Positions 9,454-19,004 of a stretch of 62,374 nt of DNA are shown here, one piece after another. The notes under the pieces are model-generated. The model worked only from the letters and a program-made list of their open reading frames with translations, did no database searches and had not been told where the DNA came from. This DNA comes from a virus (Duplodnaviria; Caudoviricetes): positions 1 to 62,374 of IMG/VR virus record IMGVR_UViG_3300020171_000028. One strand, given 5' to 3'. The stretch's first letter is position 1; every line of letters begins with the position of its first letter. Both the position numbers and the translations under genes were made by a program.

Positions 9454-9612
9454 TTATACTCTGTTTTTCAAGTCCTTTTTTCCATTTGAACCGCTGCCTG
9501 TTGTTCCAGAACTAGTCCCTTTCTTTTCTACTTTTTTCTTACTTTTCATATAGAGAACAACTCCTGTTCCTATAATGAATCCAATTACTAAAATTCCAAA
9601 TAATGTTTTCAT
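9454..9612 (-). CDS. Small membrane protein (52 aa, not in ORF track)
   Basis: MKTLFGILVIGFIIGTGVVLYMKSKKK…NRV*; fills the gap in the operon. Confidence 0.6.
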   Translation of the reverse strand: MKTLFGILVIGFIIGTGVVLYMKSKKKVEKKGTSSGTTGSGSNGKKDLKNRV

Positions 9613-9628
9613 AATGTTTTTCCTTTCT

Positions 9629-10705
9629 TTATACCGGATTTGCCATTTGTGTTATTGTTATTACTACTGGGGTTGCTTCCCCCCAAGTATCTGTTATTGT
9701 TACTTTACAGCTTCTTGGAAGCCCTGTTGTGTTCTCTGATGATGCTTGAACCGTAAGCGTATAATCGCCTGTTGCTGTTGCTCCAGCAATTACTGTTATA
9801 AAAATACCATCACCCGTATCGCCTGCCACAGATGTAGTAGCCATAGCATCCGGAGTCACATTAACAGTTATACTTCCTTGAGATTTCCATTCCCAACTGA
9901 TATTGATTGTTGTTGAACTAGGAACAATAGATAAATTATTATTAAAAGTCCCTTTATTCAAACCGCTTATTCCTGTTGATTGTGCTGGTGTGATGATAAT
10001 CACTTCACCTGTGTGTGCTGCTTGAGCCGCAGATAACGTTTGCCATCTTTCCGCTTCTCCATTTGTTATCTCTTGCGAACTTATAAAGGCAGTCCAGCGA
10101 TAATCTCCAGTATAAGATGAACTAAACGGTGTTATATGATAATCAAATGGAATAGCAACCGCCCCACTAGCCAATGTGGATGCTACAGTCTGTACATATT
10201 TGTTCTCCCACGAAGCCCCCCACTCGATAAGTATTCCAAAGTAATAAGTTGAAATACCCATATCGGAAACAGTTATCCCTGCACTTGCTGTATTGATAAT
10301 TTGATTCCATGCCTGACTACCTAAACCTCTTATATTTCCCGAAGGATACGTATTTACATTTATAGTTGGGACGGAAGTGTGTTCATACCCCCTAAAATCC
10401 CCTAACCTGAAACCTTCTAACGGATAAGTCCCATAATCACCTCTAGGTCTTAAATAAGTCCAGAAACTATCTGCTGTATATGCTAAATCATCTAATCCAT
10501 TCGTCAATGGAGAAGTAAGAATACTATACAATACATTTGCCGCAGTATATTCCCACCAATTAGGACTGCCGTGCTGCCGTACAGGCTTCTTCTTACTCCA
10601 TTGATTTATACTAGAGGCAGTACATAATACCCCTACATTACGACTGGCACTTCCAATCGCTGTTCCTACCGAAGCAGTTGTGATATTTGTTTCTGGGAGA
10701 GCCAT
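9629..10705 (-). CDS. Tail/receptor-binding protein with C-terminal BACON-like domain
   Basis: C-terminus ASSENTTGLPRSCKVTIT…VITITQ; N-terminus INQWSKKKPVR…FRLGDFRGY typical of Bacteroidota phage tail proteins. Confidence 0.6.
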   Translation of the reverse strand: MALPETNITTASVGTAIGSASRNVGVLCTASSINQWSKKKPVRQHGSPNWWEYTAANVLYSILTSPLTNGLDDLAYTADSFWTYLRPRGDYGTYPLEGFRLGDFRGYEHTSVPTINVNTYPSGNIRGLGSQAWNQIINTASAGITVSDMGISTYYFGILIEWGASWENKYVQTVASTLASGAVAIPFDYHITPFSSSYTGDYRWTAFISSQEITNGEAERWQTLSAAQAAHTGEVIIITPAQSTGISGLNKGTFNNNLSIVPSSTTINISWEWKSQGSITVNVTPDAMATTSVAGDTGDGIFITVIAGATATGDYTLTVQASSENTTGLPRSCKVTITDTWGEATPVVITITQMANPV

Positions 10706-10712
10706 TTACTCT

Positions 10713-11033
10713 TTATTTCAACACCCAATCACTGTTTTCAAACTTCGTTCTCGGAAGGTTTTTATAATTCTCTTTTAGCAAAGCTACTACCACTTGCTCA
10801 AGAATAGCTTGAAGTTTTTCTTTCAAAGTCAACCCTCCTAAATCCACAACGCCTTCTTGAGCATCAGTGTATTTAGTTCCAACATACATACTAAGCCTAT
10901 CAGGTTCTGTTTCTGGCATAGGAGTAGCTACATGTTTTGCCATTATAGCAGCACTTTCGAAAATTTCTACGGATACATGTCCGTTACTTTCTGACTTAGG
11001 AACTAATACGTTCCCTTTTGCATTTACAATCAT
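10713..11033 (-). CDS. Hypothetical tail-region protein
   Basis: Position in tail operon. Confidence 0.6.
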   Translation of the reverse strand: MIVNAKGNVLVPKSESNGHVSVEIFESAAIMAKHVATPMPETEPDRLSMYVGTKYTDAQEGVVDLGGLTLKEKLQAILEQVVVALLKENYKNLPRTKFENSDWVLK

Positions 11034-11037
11034 AATT

Positions 11038-11865
11038 TCACTTTTTTAAATTAAACAATTCATTTTCTAATTCAATTACTCTTTTCTTTAATGTTTCTAC
11101 TTCGCTATCTAATTCATTTATAGCTGCGGTATGTATTGGTATCATTTGTTTATAATCCAACGCCAAATAATTTCCGTAAATAGAATGCACTAATTCAGGA
11201 TTGGTTTCTGATATTTCTTGAGCTATGTTTCCGTAATTTATTCTATCATCTTTAATCCCATTTAATTCCTTTGCCTTGTAATTCCAATTGAAAGTGATAG
11301 GATTAAATTTTCTATTCAATTCTAGTCCATTTATTAATGGTTTGATATTTTCTTTCAATCTTATATCGGAAGATGAATAAGCTGTTATTTCATTTGTCGC
11401 TAAAATATTCCCTGCCACTTTCATATTTCCTTGAAATGAATGCGTATCCACTCCACCTGCAAAATTAATTGAATACGCCATACCTAATCCTTGTCCATCT
11501 ATATCCCCGAAAGAAATATCTCCTGTTTCTGCTGTTGGGTTCCCTTGTACTTTTATAATAGCTCCATTTGTATTACTTACAGAAAACAAATTAGTAGCAC
11601 TATTTCCTACCACATTTAAATTACCTGTAAATTGTAAAAGATTTGCAACAGGACTGCTCCATGTAAAATTATCTAAAACTTGTAAAATCGACCGTTGCAA
11701 TGTATCTACATATAATCTATCTTCTACAGACCCTTCTGAAACCATATCGGTATTCAAAGAAGGTAATACAAATGCCTCTCCTCCAAAGCTACTACTAGGA
11801 TTCCTCAAAGAAGAATAGTAATTCTTATTTCGATATCTTTCTGTTATAGTTACGGTTACGCTCAT
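11038..11865 (-). CDS. Tail fibre/spike with peptidase S74 intramolecular chaperone
   Basis: SSDIRLKENIKPL…GNIAQEI….PELV…LDYKQM plus terminal coiled coil. Confidence 0.85.
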   Translation of the reverse strand: MSVTVTITERYRNKNYYSSLRNPSSSFGGEAFVLPSLNTDMVSEGSVEDRLYVDTLQRSILQVLDNFTWSSPVANLLQFTGNLNVVGNSATNLFSVSNTNGAIIKVQGNPTAETGDISFGDIDGQGLGMAYSINFAGGVDTHSFQGNMKVAGNILATNEITAYSSSDIRLKENIKPLINGLELNRKFNPITFNWNYKAKELNGIKDDRINYGNIAQEISETNPELVHSIYGNYLALDYKQMIPIHTAAINELDSEVETLKKRVIELENELFNLKK

Positions 11866-13838
11866 GCTATTACAATTACTGTATCTGTATCAAATTCATA
11901 TAAATCCAACTCGTACTCATCTTCCAAAGGAGAATAAGAATAGCCGGTTAAAACAAATTTCTTATTACTTTGTTTACTGTCTTGGAATAAATCAAACAAT
12001 TCTAAAGTAAGGACATCAAAAACATCAGCAGAAATCCGCTGCCTACTTACATTGTGCATTCTAAACTTATCTATTAATAAAAGGTACATCAAAGAAAAAG
12101 GAGTAGATTCTTGACCTGTCCAAAGAGAAGTTCTTGTCCCTAATGAAGCTCCTCCTAGAATTCCATTAACATAATTAATATTTGCTACATCTGCAATATC
12201 TATATCAATTTCTTTTTTATTCAAAAACAATGTATTGATATTCCCGATTATTTCGTTGTTTTCTAAAGTATCGGTTACAGTAAGTAAGAAATCCCCGAAA
12301 TAAGAAGCTGTAATTTCGTCCTCTTCCCCAGCAGTTACTCTATCTATTCCCGGTTGTCCTACTCCTAAAATAAATGTTTTCTCTCCCAAAGAAGAACCGG
12401 CTATTTCTCCTACTGGTAAAGTTGCTTTGAAGGTAGTAGTCTTTTCTTCTGTATTGAACGCTGAAGAAAGAACTTCAAAAGAATTATAGCCTGTAGAAGT
12501 AGTAGCAGCTACCCATTCATACGCCTCTAATGAATCATTCCATATTAAGAAATTACTTGTCCCAGCTTCTCTTAAATACCAATGTAAAGTAAAATTCCAA
12601 ACATTGTAAGACGCTGCAAAAGAAAAATTGGCATCACAACCGTACTTAAACTCAATCCCTAATTTTGTATCTTCAGCAACTAAAATTCTAAATTTAGTAT
12701 ACAATCCTCTATGAAAATGTTCGCTTGTTACAAACGCTGCTATAACTGGATTGTTTGTTAAATCTAAAATAGGAGAGACTTTCAAAACATTTACAATAGA
12801 ACCAAAGGAACTAGGTTGAGTCCAAGTAATGTCGCTATCCTTTTCCCATACCCTGATATCCGGGTCAGGCAAAACTCCCGCAGTGGAATCATTTGCTATG
12901 TTTGCTAGAACCAAAGAATTTGCTAAATTCAACAACAAATGAGATTCAGAATCTAGATTTATTTGAATTGTCTTGTATCCGGGTTCTATGTATAAGGTTT
13001 GAGATTGCCTCAAGAAAACTAAATCATGCACATCGGTTACAGTACGAGTAATAGGGACTACTGCACCGGTACTTGCCTCAGTATAAGTAACGCCTGTAGT
13101 ATACTCTACATAAGTAACTGATTCATCCCATATATCTGTAAATCTTTCTATATACCAATACCCATCTTTCCAATAGATATAACAATTAAAAGAGGTTAAT
13201 ATCATACGAAGAATTTCTAGATTATTCTTTCTTTTAACATTGTCCTCCCAAAATACTTCTGTATTTATTCCATTCTTGTTAAATAAGGTTTGCCCGCTAG
13301 TCAGCCCTCCTCCATCATGTAAAGAACAATTTACTCGAATATTGTAACTTCCTATGGAAGAAAGAATACTATCTATCAAATTAATGAAATAAACGTCTTG
13401 CAGCGTCTCAACCATGCTAGCGGTATAATTATCCAACTTAGACAAGTAAGTGCTTGCTACGAGCGTTATCGACTGCTTATTCAGGTATCTTTGACTGGTT
13501 GAACCTAAATTTAAGTATCCTTGGAATAAAGTTTGTATTTTAGAGGAAGGGGCAATTACTTCTACTCTAACTCTGTACTCTCTTTCTGTTGCCGTTAGTA
13601 AAGGAAGAATTTCAAAGAAATCAGTAAAATGATTTACCAAAGTAAACGACAATGTTTTTCCTAAAATAGGAGATTCCCAATCTGTCCAATTTTGTTCTAT
13701 ACGTAAATCATCTCCCCCGCTATGTTTCAAAATAAGGTCAGTAACAGCTCCGGAATACCCTTCCAAATCTATGTATAAATACCCTTGTAGCCCTTTTCTA
13801 GAACTCCAACCTGCCTTATATTTTACTCCATATGCCAT
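11862..13838 (-). CDS. Tail tip/hub protein
   Basis: 658 aa directly after the tape measure gene. Confidence 0.65.
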   Translation of the reverse strand: MAYGVKYKAGWSSRKGLQGYLYIDLEGYSGAVTDLILKHSGGDDLRIEQNWTDWESPILGKTLSFTLVNHFTDFFEILPLLTATEREYRVRVEVIAPSSKIQTLFQGYLNLGSTSQRYLNKQSITLVASTYLSKLDNYTASMVETLQDVYFINLIDSILSSIGSYNIRVNCSLHDGGGLTSGQTLFNKNGINTEVFWEDNVKRKNNLEILRMILTSFNCYIYWKDGYWYIERFTDIWDESVTYVEYTTGVTYTEASTGAVVPITRTVTDVHDLVFLRQSQTLYIEPGYKTIQINLDSESHLLLNLANSLVLANIANDSTAGVLPDPDIRVWEKDSDITWTQPSSFGSIVNVLKVSPILDLTNNPVIAAFVTSEHFHRGLYTKFRILVAEDTKLGIEFKYGCDANFSFAASYNVWNFTLHWYLREAGTSNFLIWNDSLEAYEWVAATTSTGYNSFEVLSSAFNTEEKTTTFKATLPVGEIAGSSLGEKTFILGVGQPGIDRVTAGEEDEITASYFGDFLLTVTDTLENNEIIGNINTLFLNKKEIDIDIADVANINYVNGILGGASLGTRTSLWTGQESTPFSLMYLLLIDKFRMHNVSRQRISADVFDVLTLELFDLFQDSKQSNKKFVLTGYSYSPLEDEYELDLYEFDTDTVIVIA

Positions 13839-13840
13839 AG

Positions 13841-16588
13841 TTAATAACTATTTCCGTATTTATCTTGTTCATCCATTATAGCTTCCAAAGTCCTTCCTTT
13901 GATTTGGAATACTACTTTCCGTTCTTTCACTTCTCCTTTCCCCATCATTTCCCCTAACCTATCCAATGGAATTACTGCTTCCTGAGAACTTAGTTTAGCA
14001 TTGAATGTGTCGTTTGGATACCCTGGAGGAATGATACCTCCATCAGCCAAACGAGCTGCGGAATCTGCTTGTTTCTTCGATTGCTGGAACATGGCCATTA
14101 ACGCTCCTACACCTATGGCAGCTGCAGTAAGTCCAAGTAATCCTTTTGTAGCGCCATGCAAGAATAAAGCGGTAAATGCTTCTTTCAACATAGCCCCAAT
14201 CACTTGTTGAGCGGTTCCTAAAATAATTTCAGCAAAACTTTGTGCAGCATCTCCTGCTCCTGCCATCGCTCCTCCGATAGCAAATGCCATATCAGTCGCG
14301 GCATTACTTAAACTATTGAAAACCATTTGCTGCTCTTGCAGTTTTTTTAACTCTTCGGAAGAGGTTGCAATCTCTCCATTCAATTCTTTTATCTTGTTAG
14401 TTACGAAATCATAAGCACTATCCTTAGGCCGGAGCCCTTCATCAAACAGCCTCTTCCACTCAGCAGTCCAAACTGACAATTGCGCGGAAGTAGAATCAAA
14501 AGAATCTCCTAACACTGAATTCTGTTGTGCTATCCAAGCAAGTTGGGAAGTTATATTTTCTGCATCTAAATCGCCTGCGATATTTCCAAACGCTCCACGA
14601 AGTAGATTTGCTGATTGTACCGCAGTCCTGGTGGATTCTCCAATTAAAGATAATTTAGAAGATAATTGGTCAGCTTCTTTCATTATAGGAATACCTCCTC
14701 CACCTCCTGTATCAAGTCCCCCCATAGTCTTTGCCATGGTATTTAATTGATTTAGGTATGTTTGGTAATTCTTTAGGTTGGTTTGATTCTTTTCTAATTC
14801 TGCATCTATTTCTCCTTGTCTTTGGTAAGCTTGTAAAGTAGCTTTACCATTTAACAATTCTTGCTGTTCCCGAAGTAAATTAGAAGTATATTGTTTCTCA
14901 AGGGATAATTGCTCATTCACTCTATCTTTAACCGCATTTACTTGAGCGAGATTCATTGTTTTTACATTCTTCATTGCGGCACCTATGGTTTCTGCTTGTG
15001 CAGCAAAATCAGGAGCTGTAGGAGTAGGTGCTTCCATTGCCGCTTTTAAAAATGCTTGGTTTTTAGTAATTTCTGACATCGAAGCAGCAAACTCTCTAGT
15101 TTGTTTGGTAGCTCCTAAAATAGCATTCCCGCCAGAAGTAAACGTATCCCATAAAACACTTCCAAAACTTTGCTGGGCATTGGCGGATTCCATTATTAAT
15201 TTAATCCGGTCCTTCTCCAAAGCAACATACATTTCTTCCGCTGCCTGCGCCCTTGCTTTCTGCTCTAAACTCTTGATGTACAAATCAATTGCTTTCTGAG
15301 CTATACCAGTTCTAACTGCATCCTCATCTATAAATCCCAGATAAGCGGGAGAAATACGGTTTAGGTCTTCTATTGCTAATTTTTTCTTTTCCTTTGAGGC
15401 AGTATCATCATTAACCGTTGCAATTAACTTCTCAATATTTCTTTTTTCCTCTACCATAGATTGAGAGACTTTGATAGAAAGATCATTTGCTAGTTTTTGA
15501 GTAGCTGTCAATTTACCCATACTATTGTATACCCCGTAAGCAGCTGCTCCAACAGCAATAAGAGCCATCGCAAGTACTCCCATTGGGTTGGCTATTATAA
15601 CGGCATTTAAAGCAGTAAACATAGCTACTAACTTTCCTCCTGCAAGAATTATTCCCGGAATTACGGTACTTGTGAGAAATCCTATTGCCATCGCCAACGG
15701 TCCTATTGCCGCTGCAACTAAAGCAATTCCAACTATCCAAGTTCTTTGCCTTTCCGTCATCCTACCAATAGCTTGCATGATTTCGTTTATCTTTGCAAGT
15801 ACAGGAGTTAATACAGGAAGTAAAATTTGCCCAAAAGTAGCACCTACCTCTTTCAAAGATTCTTGGAATATTCTCATCTGGTTTGCAGCTCCGTCTGAAG
15901 TTCTCGCGAAGTCTCCTTGAGAATTCTTAGTAACATTCAAGATGTAATTGTATCTAAGCATAACTTTCTCAGATTGGCTCATATCATTTACCTTCTGCTT
16001 AATTCCCTGCGAAAATGCATATTCTTGCAGATTAACTTCTGTTAATACAATACCGAGTTTCTTCAAAGATTCAGTTTCCCCAGTAAAAATACCTGCCAAT
16101 GCAGTTTGCGCTGTTTCTATTTGAATGTTTTTAAAGGAAGCCAAATCCCCTGCCAATCCTACTAAACTTTTTGACATATCCGCAGCCCTTGCAGTACTTA
16201 ATCCCATACTGGTCCCCATATCTCCAAATAAAGAAGCCATTTCCAAAGCACTACTTTGTGCTATACCAAAAGAAGTTAAAGTAGTTTTACTCCATTCTTT
16301 TATATTTTCAGCATTCTCCTTAAACGCTACATCTGTTTTATTTATATTCTCTTCCAAATCAGATGCCATTTTAAAAGCAACTCCAGCAACAGCAAGTAAT
16401 GGTAAAGTAACATACGTAGAAGCTACTTTTCCAAACTGAGAAATTTTCTTTCCTGTATCCTCTAATTTAGAGTTAATCTTAGATATAGATTTATTCATGG
16501 AAGCTTCTGTCTGTTGCATTCTTTGCACAGCCTTATCTAACCCGCTGGTATCTACTCCTAATGTCGCTGTAAGTGCTCCTATATTCAT
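13841..16588 (-). CDS. Tail tape measure protein
   Basis: 915 aa, Ala/Gly-rich helical, N-terminus IGALTATLGVDTSG; follows chaperone genes. Confidence 0.92.
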   Translation of the reverse strand: MNIGALTATLGVDTSGLDKAVQRMQQTEASMNKSISKINSKLEDTGKKISQFGKVASTYVTLPLLAVAGVAFKMASDLEENINKTDVAFKENAENIKEWSKTTLTSFGIAQSSALEMASLFGDMGTSMGLSTARAADMSKSLVGLAGDLASFKNIQIETAQTALAGIFTGETESLKKLGIVLTEVNLQEYAFSQGIKQKVNDMSQSEKVMLRYNYILNVTKNSQGDFARTSDGAANQMRIFQESLKEVGATFGQILLPVLTPVLAKINEIMQAIGRMTERQRTWIVGIALVAAAIGPLAMAIGFLTSTVIPGIILAGGKLVAMFTALNAVIIANPMGVLAMALIAVGAAAYGVYNSMGKLTATQKLANDLSIKVSQSMVEEKRNIEKLIATVNDDTASKEKKKLAIEDLNRISPAYLGFIDEDAVRTGIAQKAIDLYIKSLEQKARAQAAEEMYVALEKDRIKLIMESANAQQSFGSVLWDTFTSGGNAILGATKQTREFAASMSEITKNQAFLKAAMEAPTPTAPDFAAQAETIGAAMKNVKTMNLAQVNAVKDRVNEQLSLEKQYTSNLLREQQELLNGKATLQAYQRQGEIDAELEKNQTNLKNYQTYLNQLNTMAKTMGGLDTGGGGGIPIMKEADQLSSKLSLIGESTRTAVQSANLLRGAFGNIAGDLDAENITSQLAWIAQQNSVLGDSFDSTSAQLSVWTAEWKRLFDEGLRPKDSAYDFVTNKIKELNGEIATSSEELKKLQEQQMVFNSLSNAATDMAFAIGGAMAGAGDAAQSFAEIILGTAQQVIGAMLKEAFTALFLHGATKGLLGLTAAAIGVGALMAMFQQSKKQADSAARLADGGIIPPGYPNDTFNAKLSSQEAVIPLDRLGEMMGKGEVKERKVVFQIKGRTLEAIMDEQDKYGNSY

Positions 16589-16893
16589 GTTTCCTTTTGT
16601 TTTCTAACCATTTTCTTTGGCTTGTACCCTCTTGCAAGATTCAATAAAATTTCTTTCATTTCCTCCGGCGTTTGTTCTTTACTCTTTCTCCTAGCTTCTT
16701 CATCCCAAATCAACATAAAATCACTAACCTCTGTTAACTTAGCTTCTTTCTTTCCGTATTGACGAAGAGCTATATTTGTAATCAAAGAACTTATAAATGC
16801 TAATCGGTAATCCTCTCTCCAACTTCCTATTGGGTCCAACTTATCGTATGCCAACCATTCACTTATTTGTTTAGAAGTTAAATCCGCTAACAA
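16585..16893 (-). CDS. Tail assembly chaperone, frameshifted (GT-like) C-terminal part
   Basis: Frame is open upstream to slippery site A-AAA-AAC at 16965-16971. Confidence 0.8.
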   Translation of the reverse strand: MLADLTSKQISEWLAYDKLDPIGSWREDYRLAFISSLITNIALRQYGKKEAKLTEVSDFMLIWDEEARRKSKEQTPEEMKEILLNLARGYKPKKMVRKQKET

Positions 16894-16913
16894 ATAATCC
16901 GGATGGGCATACC

Positions 16914-17333
16914 CTAACTCTTTACAGAGTCGGAAGTAGAATTGCCGCTCGGGGCGGCTTCTGAGTTTTTTACCAACTCCTCCTTATCCTGTTCTGAAAT
17001 ATTATTCAAAGCCTGTGCAGCATTTACAATTTTCTCTAAACGTGCCGCACTCATACTTGTACTCAATACTTCTATATCAGTCGGACGAAGTAATAAACTG
17101 CCTGTTTCATCACATACAGTACATACTACTAATTTTGCCCTAAAATCTTCTAAACTACGTTTGTATTCTACTGCCCCTTTTGCTCCTTTTTCTTCCTTGA
17201 TTAAAGATTGTTCAAAACGGTCTCTTTCTCTTCCGGTCATCTGACGGACAAATACAAATTCATCCTTTCCTAATTCTACTTTCTGAACGGATAAATCTTC
17301 TTTCTTTAATAAACTATTTCTATCTAATAACAT
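16914..17333 (-). CDS. Tail assembly chaperone (G-like)
   Basis: Between tail tube and TMP; VFVRQMTGRERDRFE; contains slippery VKN codons. Confidence 0.85.
   Translation of the reverse strand: MLLDRNSLLKKEDLSVQKVELGKDEFVFVRQMTGRERDRFEQSLIKEEKGAKGAVEYKRSLEDFRAKLVVCTVCDETGSLLLRPTDIEVLSTSMSAARLEKIVNAAQALNNISEQDKEELVKNSEAAPSGNSTSDSVKS
16965..16971 (-). other. -1 programmed ribosomal frameshift site AAAAAAC
   Basis: -1 frame reads LRSRPERQFYFRLCKELGYAHPDYLLADL into ORF 16585-16893; GC hairpin gccgccccgagcggc just downstream. Confidence 0.8.
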
Positions 17334-17394
17334 CTGATTAATTTTTTTGTTTTTTTTTTTGTAATTAAAAATCTTGATTAGATTTTCTTTCTAC

Positions 17395-17826
17395 TTATAC
17401 TGGGGATTCACTTCCTCCAGACCCAATGCTCAAGGCACTAGTAATCTTGATAGTAGTTTCTAATCCAATCGCATCTCCTACTGCTACAGACAACGGCATC
17501 TCAGTTACTAAGCCTTCAAACTCAATTGAAGTGGCTACAGAATCTGATAATACTATTTGGTAGTTTTGAAGATCATCACTTTCAAAATCTGCCAACATTG
17601 CATTGTATCCAGCTCGAGTGTAATTCATGGAAAGAGCCACTGTTCCGGCATCTCTGAACCCGGCAATGAATTCCTTGTAGCCACTTGTGGAGTCTAAAGA
17701 AGTAACATCTATTGTGTCCCTTGACATACTAGGACCTGATATACTCTTTATCTCCGCGATAGCAACCCAAGCAGAACCATTCCATCGTTCAAAAGTTGTT
17801 CCAACTCCATTTACGGCATTGCTCAT
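17395..17826 (-). CDS. Major tail tube protein
   Basis: IAEIKSISGPSMSRDTIDVTSLDS…KEFIAGFRDAG (lambda gpV/TP901-like). Confidence 0.88.
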   Translation of the reverse strand: MSNAVNGVGTTFERWNGSAWVAIAEIKSISGPSMSRDTIDVTSLDSTSGYKEFIAGFRDAGTVALSMNYTRAGYNAMLADFESDDLQNYQIVLSDSVATSIEFEGLVTEMPLSVAVGDAIGLETTIKITSALSIGSGGSESPV

Positions 17827-17829
17827 TTT

Positions 17830-18222
17830 TTACCTCCTTTGGATATTAAAGTTTACAATAATATGTACCCTATTGTTTTGGTCCCAGTTTAGCATCGCTG
17901 GTCCACTGGAAACATAGATAATAGAATACAACGTACCATTCCACGTTTCTTGTGCCCTTCCGTGTAATGCGTTTGTGATTGATTGAATAAATTCCCAACC
18001 ACTAGTGTACGAGCTATTTCTAACTCTTATCTGGATTGAAGGCCTCTCAAAAGAAAGAGCATCCAATGTCAGTTCAGGATTCGCTCCTATAGTATCAAAT
18101 ATAGTTACGACGTTTGAAGGTTCTGCGGGCTCTCTTCCTATGAATAAGGTAGTACCAAATTCTAAGGCAAGAGCACTTTCAGCCACCAACATATCTTTTA
18201 TATCTTCCGAACAAGCATTCAT
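17830..18222 (-). CDS. Tail terminator / neck protein
   Basis: PSIQIRVR motif; synteny. Confidence 0.7.
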   Translation of the reverse strand: MNACSEDIKDMLVAESALALEFGTTLFIGREPAEPSNVVTIFDTIGANPELTLDALSFERPSIQIRVRNSSYTSGWEFIQSITNALHGRAQETWNGTLYSIIYVSSGPAMLNWDQNNRVHIIVNFNIQRR

Positions 18223-18223
18223 C

Positions 18224-18607
18224 TTAATCTAACTTTACATTTTCTTGAATAATTTTCAATACTTTCTTGGAATTTCTTTTAATGGAAGCTTCAAAGAATT
18301 TAGGACCTGAGCCCGGTCTATTCCAATTAACTGCCATCATATTTTCATGCACAAATACAGCATAGTTAGCAGTGAAGCCTATTAAAACCGCAGGTCCGTG
18401 TTGGTCATACATAGTCACCACCGTCCAACTTCCTCTAAGATTTCCGACATCAACCGGAATCAAAGGAGGAGTGATATCCATATCTCTACGAATAACAATT
18501 GCACTTTTTATCAAACCAGCCATTGTTACTCCTTTTATCTTAGCAATCTGTTTGTTTAAATTACTAACAACATTATCAAATCCTTCTATTTTTGCTCCGC
18601 CTTCCAT
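18224..18607 (-). CDS. HK97 gp10-like tail completion protein
   Basis: PVDVGNLRGS, YAVFVHE, PKFFE. Confidence 0.8.
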   Translation of the reverse strand: MEGGAKIEGFDNVVSNLNKQIAKIKGVTMAGLIKSAIVIRRDMDITPPLIPVDVGNLRGSWTVVTMYDQHGPAVLIGFTANYAVFVHENMMAVNWNRPGSGPKFFEASIKRNSKKVLKIIQENVKLD

Positions 18608-18996
18608 TACACAAATACTGTTCTTACAAATTCTGTAGTTGATTTAATCATTGGCACTTTCTTTACCGAGATAATTTCCTTCGCCCCTTCTATATTTTGA
18701 GGAAGAATATTTTCTCCATCACTTTCATAATACTGCTCTAAATCCATTAAATAACCTAAGTAAAGGAATCCTTGTAAATCTAAATCCTCAAGTACTAAGA
18801 TTTCCGCGCTCGCTTGCAATTCTTTTCCTGTTTGGGTTACTCCTTGTTGATTAATTAAGGAAACTTTATCTGTCCACCTACATTTGATTTCAACCGGGTC
18901 TGCGTAAGACATAGTCCCATATCCATCCTTAACCGGGCTTCCCCAATACACTGCAGTTTGAACACACACTTTCGATATAAATTTACTTATTCCCAT
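18607..18996 (-). CDS. Head closure / head-tail adaptor
   Basis: QTAVYW…DGYG…PVEIKCRW; synteny. Confidence 0.7.
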   Translation of the reverse strand: MGISKFISKVCVQTAVYWGSPVKDGYGTMSYADPVEIKCRWTDKVSLINQQGVTQTGKELQASAEILVLEDLDLQGFLYLGYLMDLEQYYESDGENILPQNIEGAKEIISVKKVPMIKSTTEFVRTVFV

Positions 18997-19004
18997 TTCT
19001 TTCT

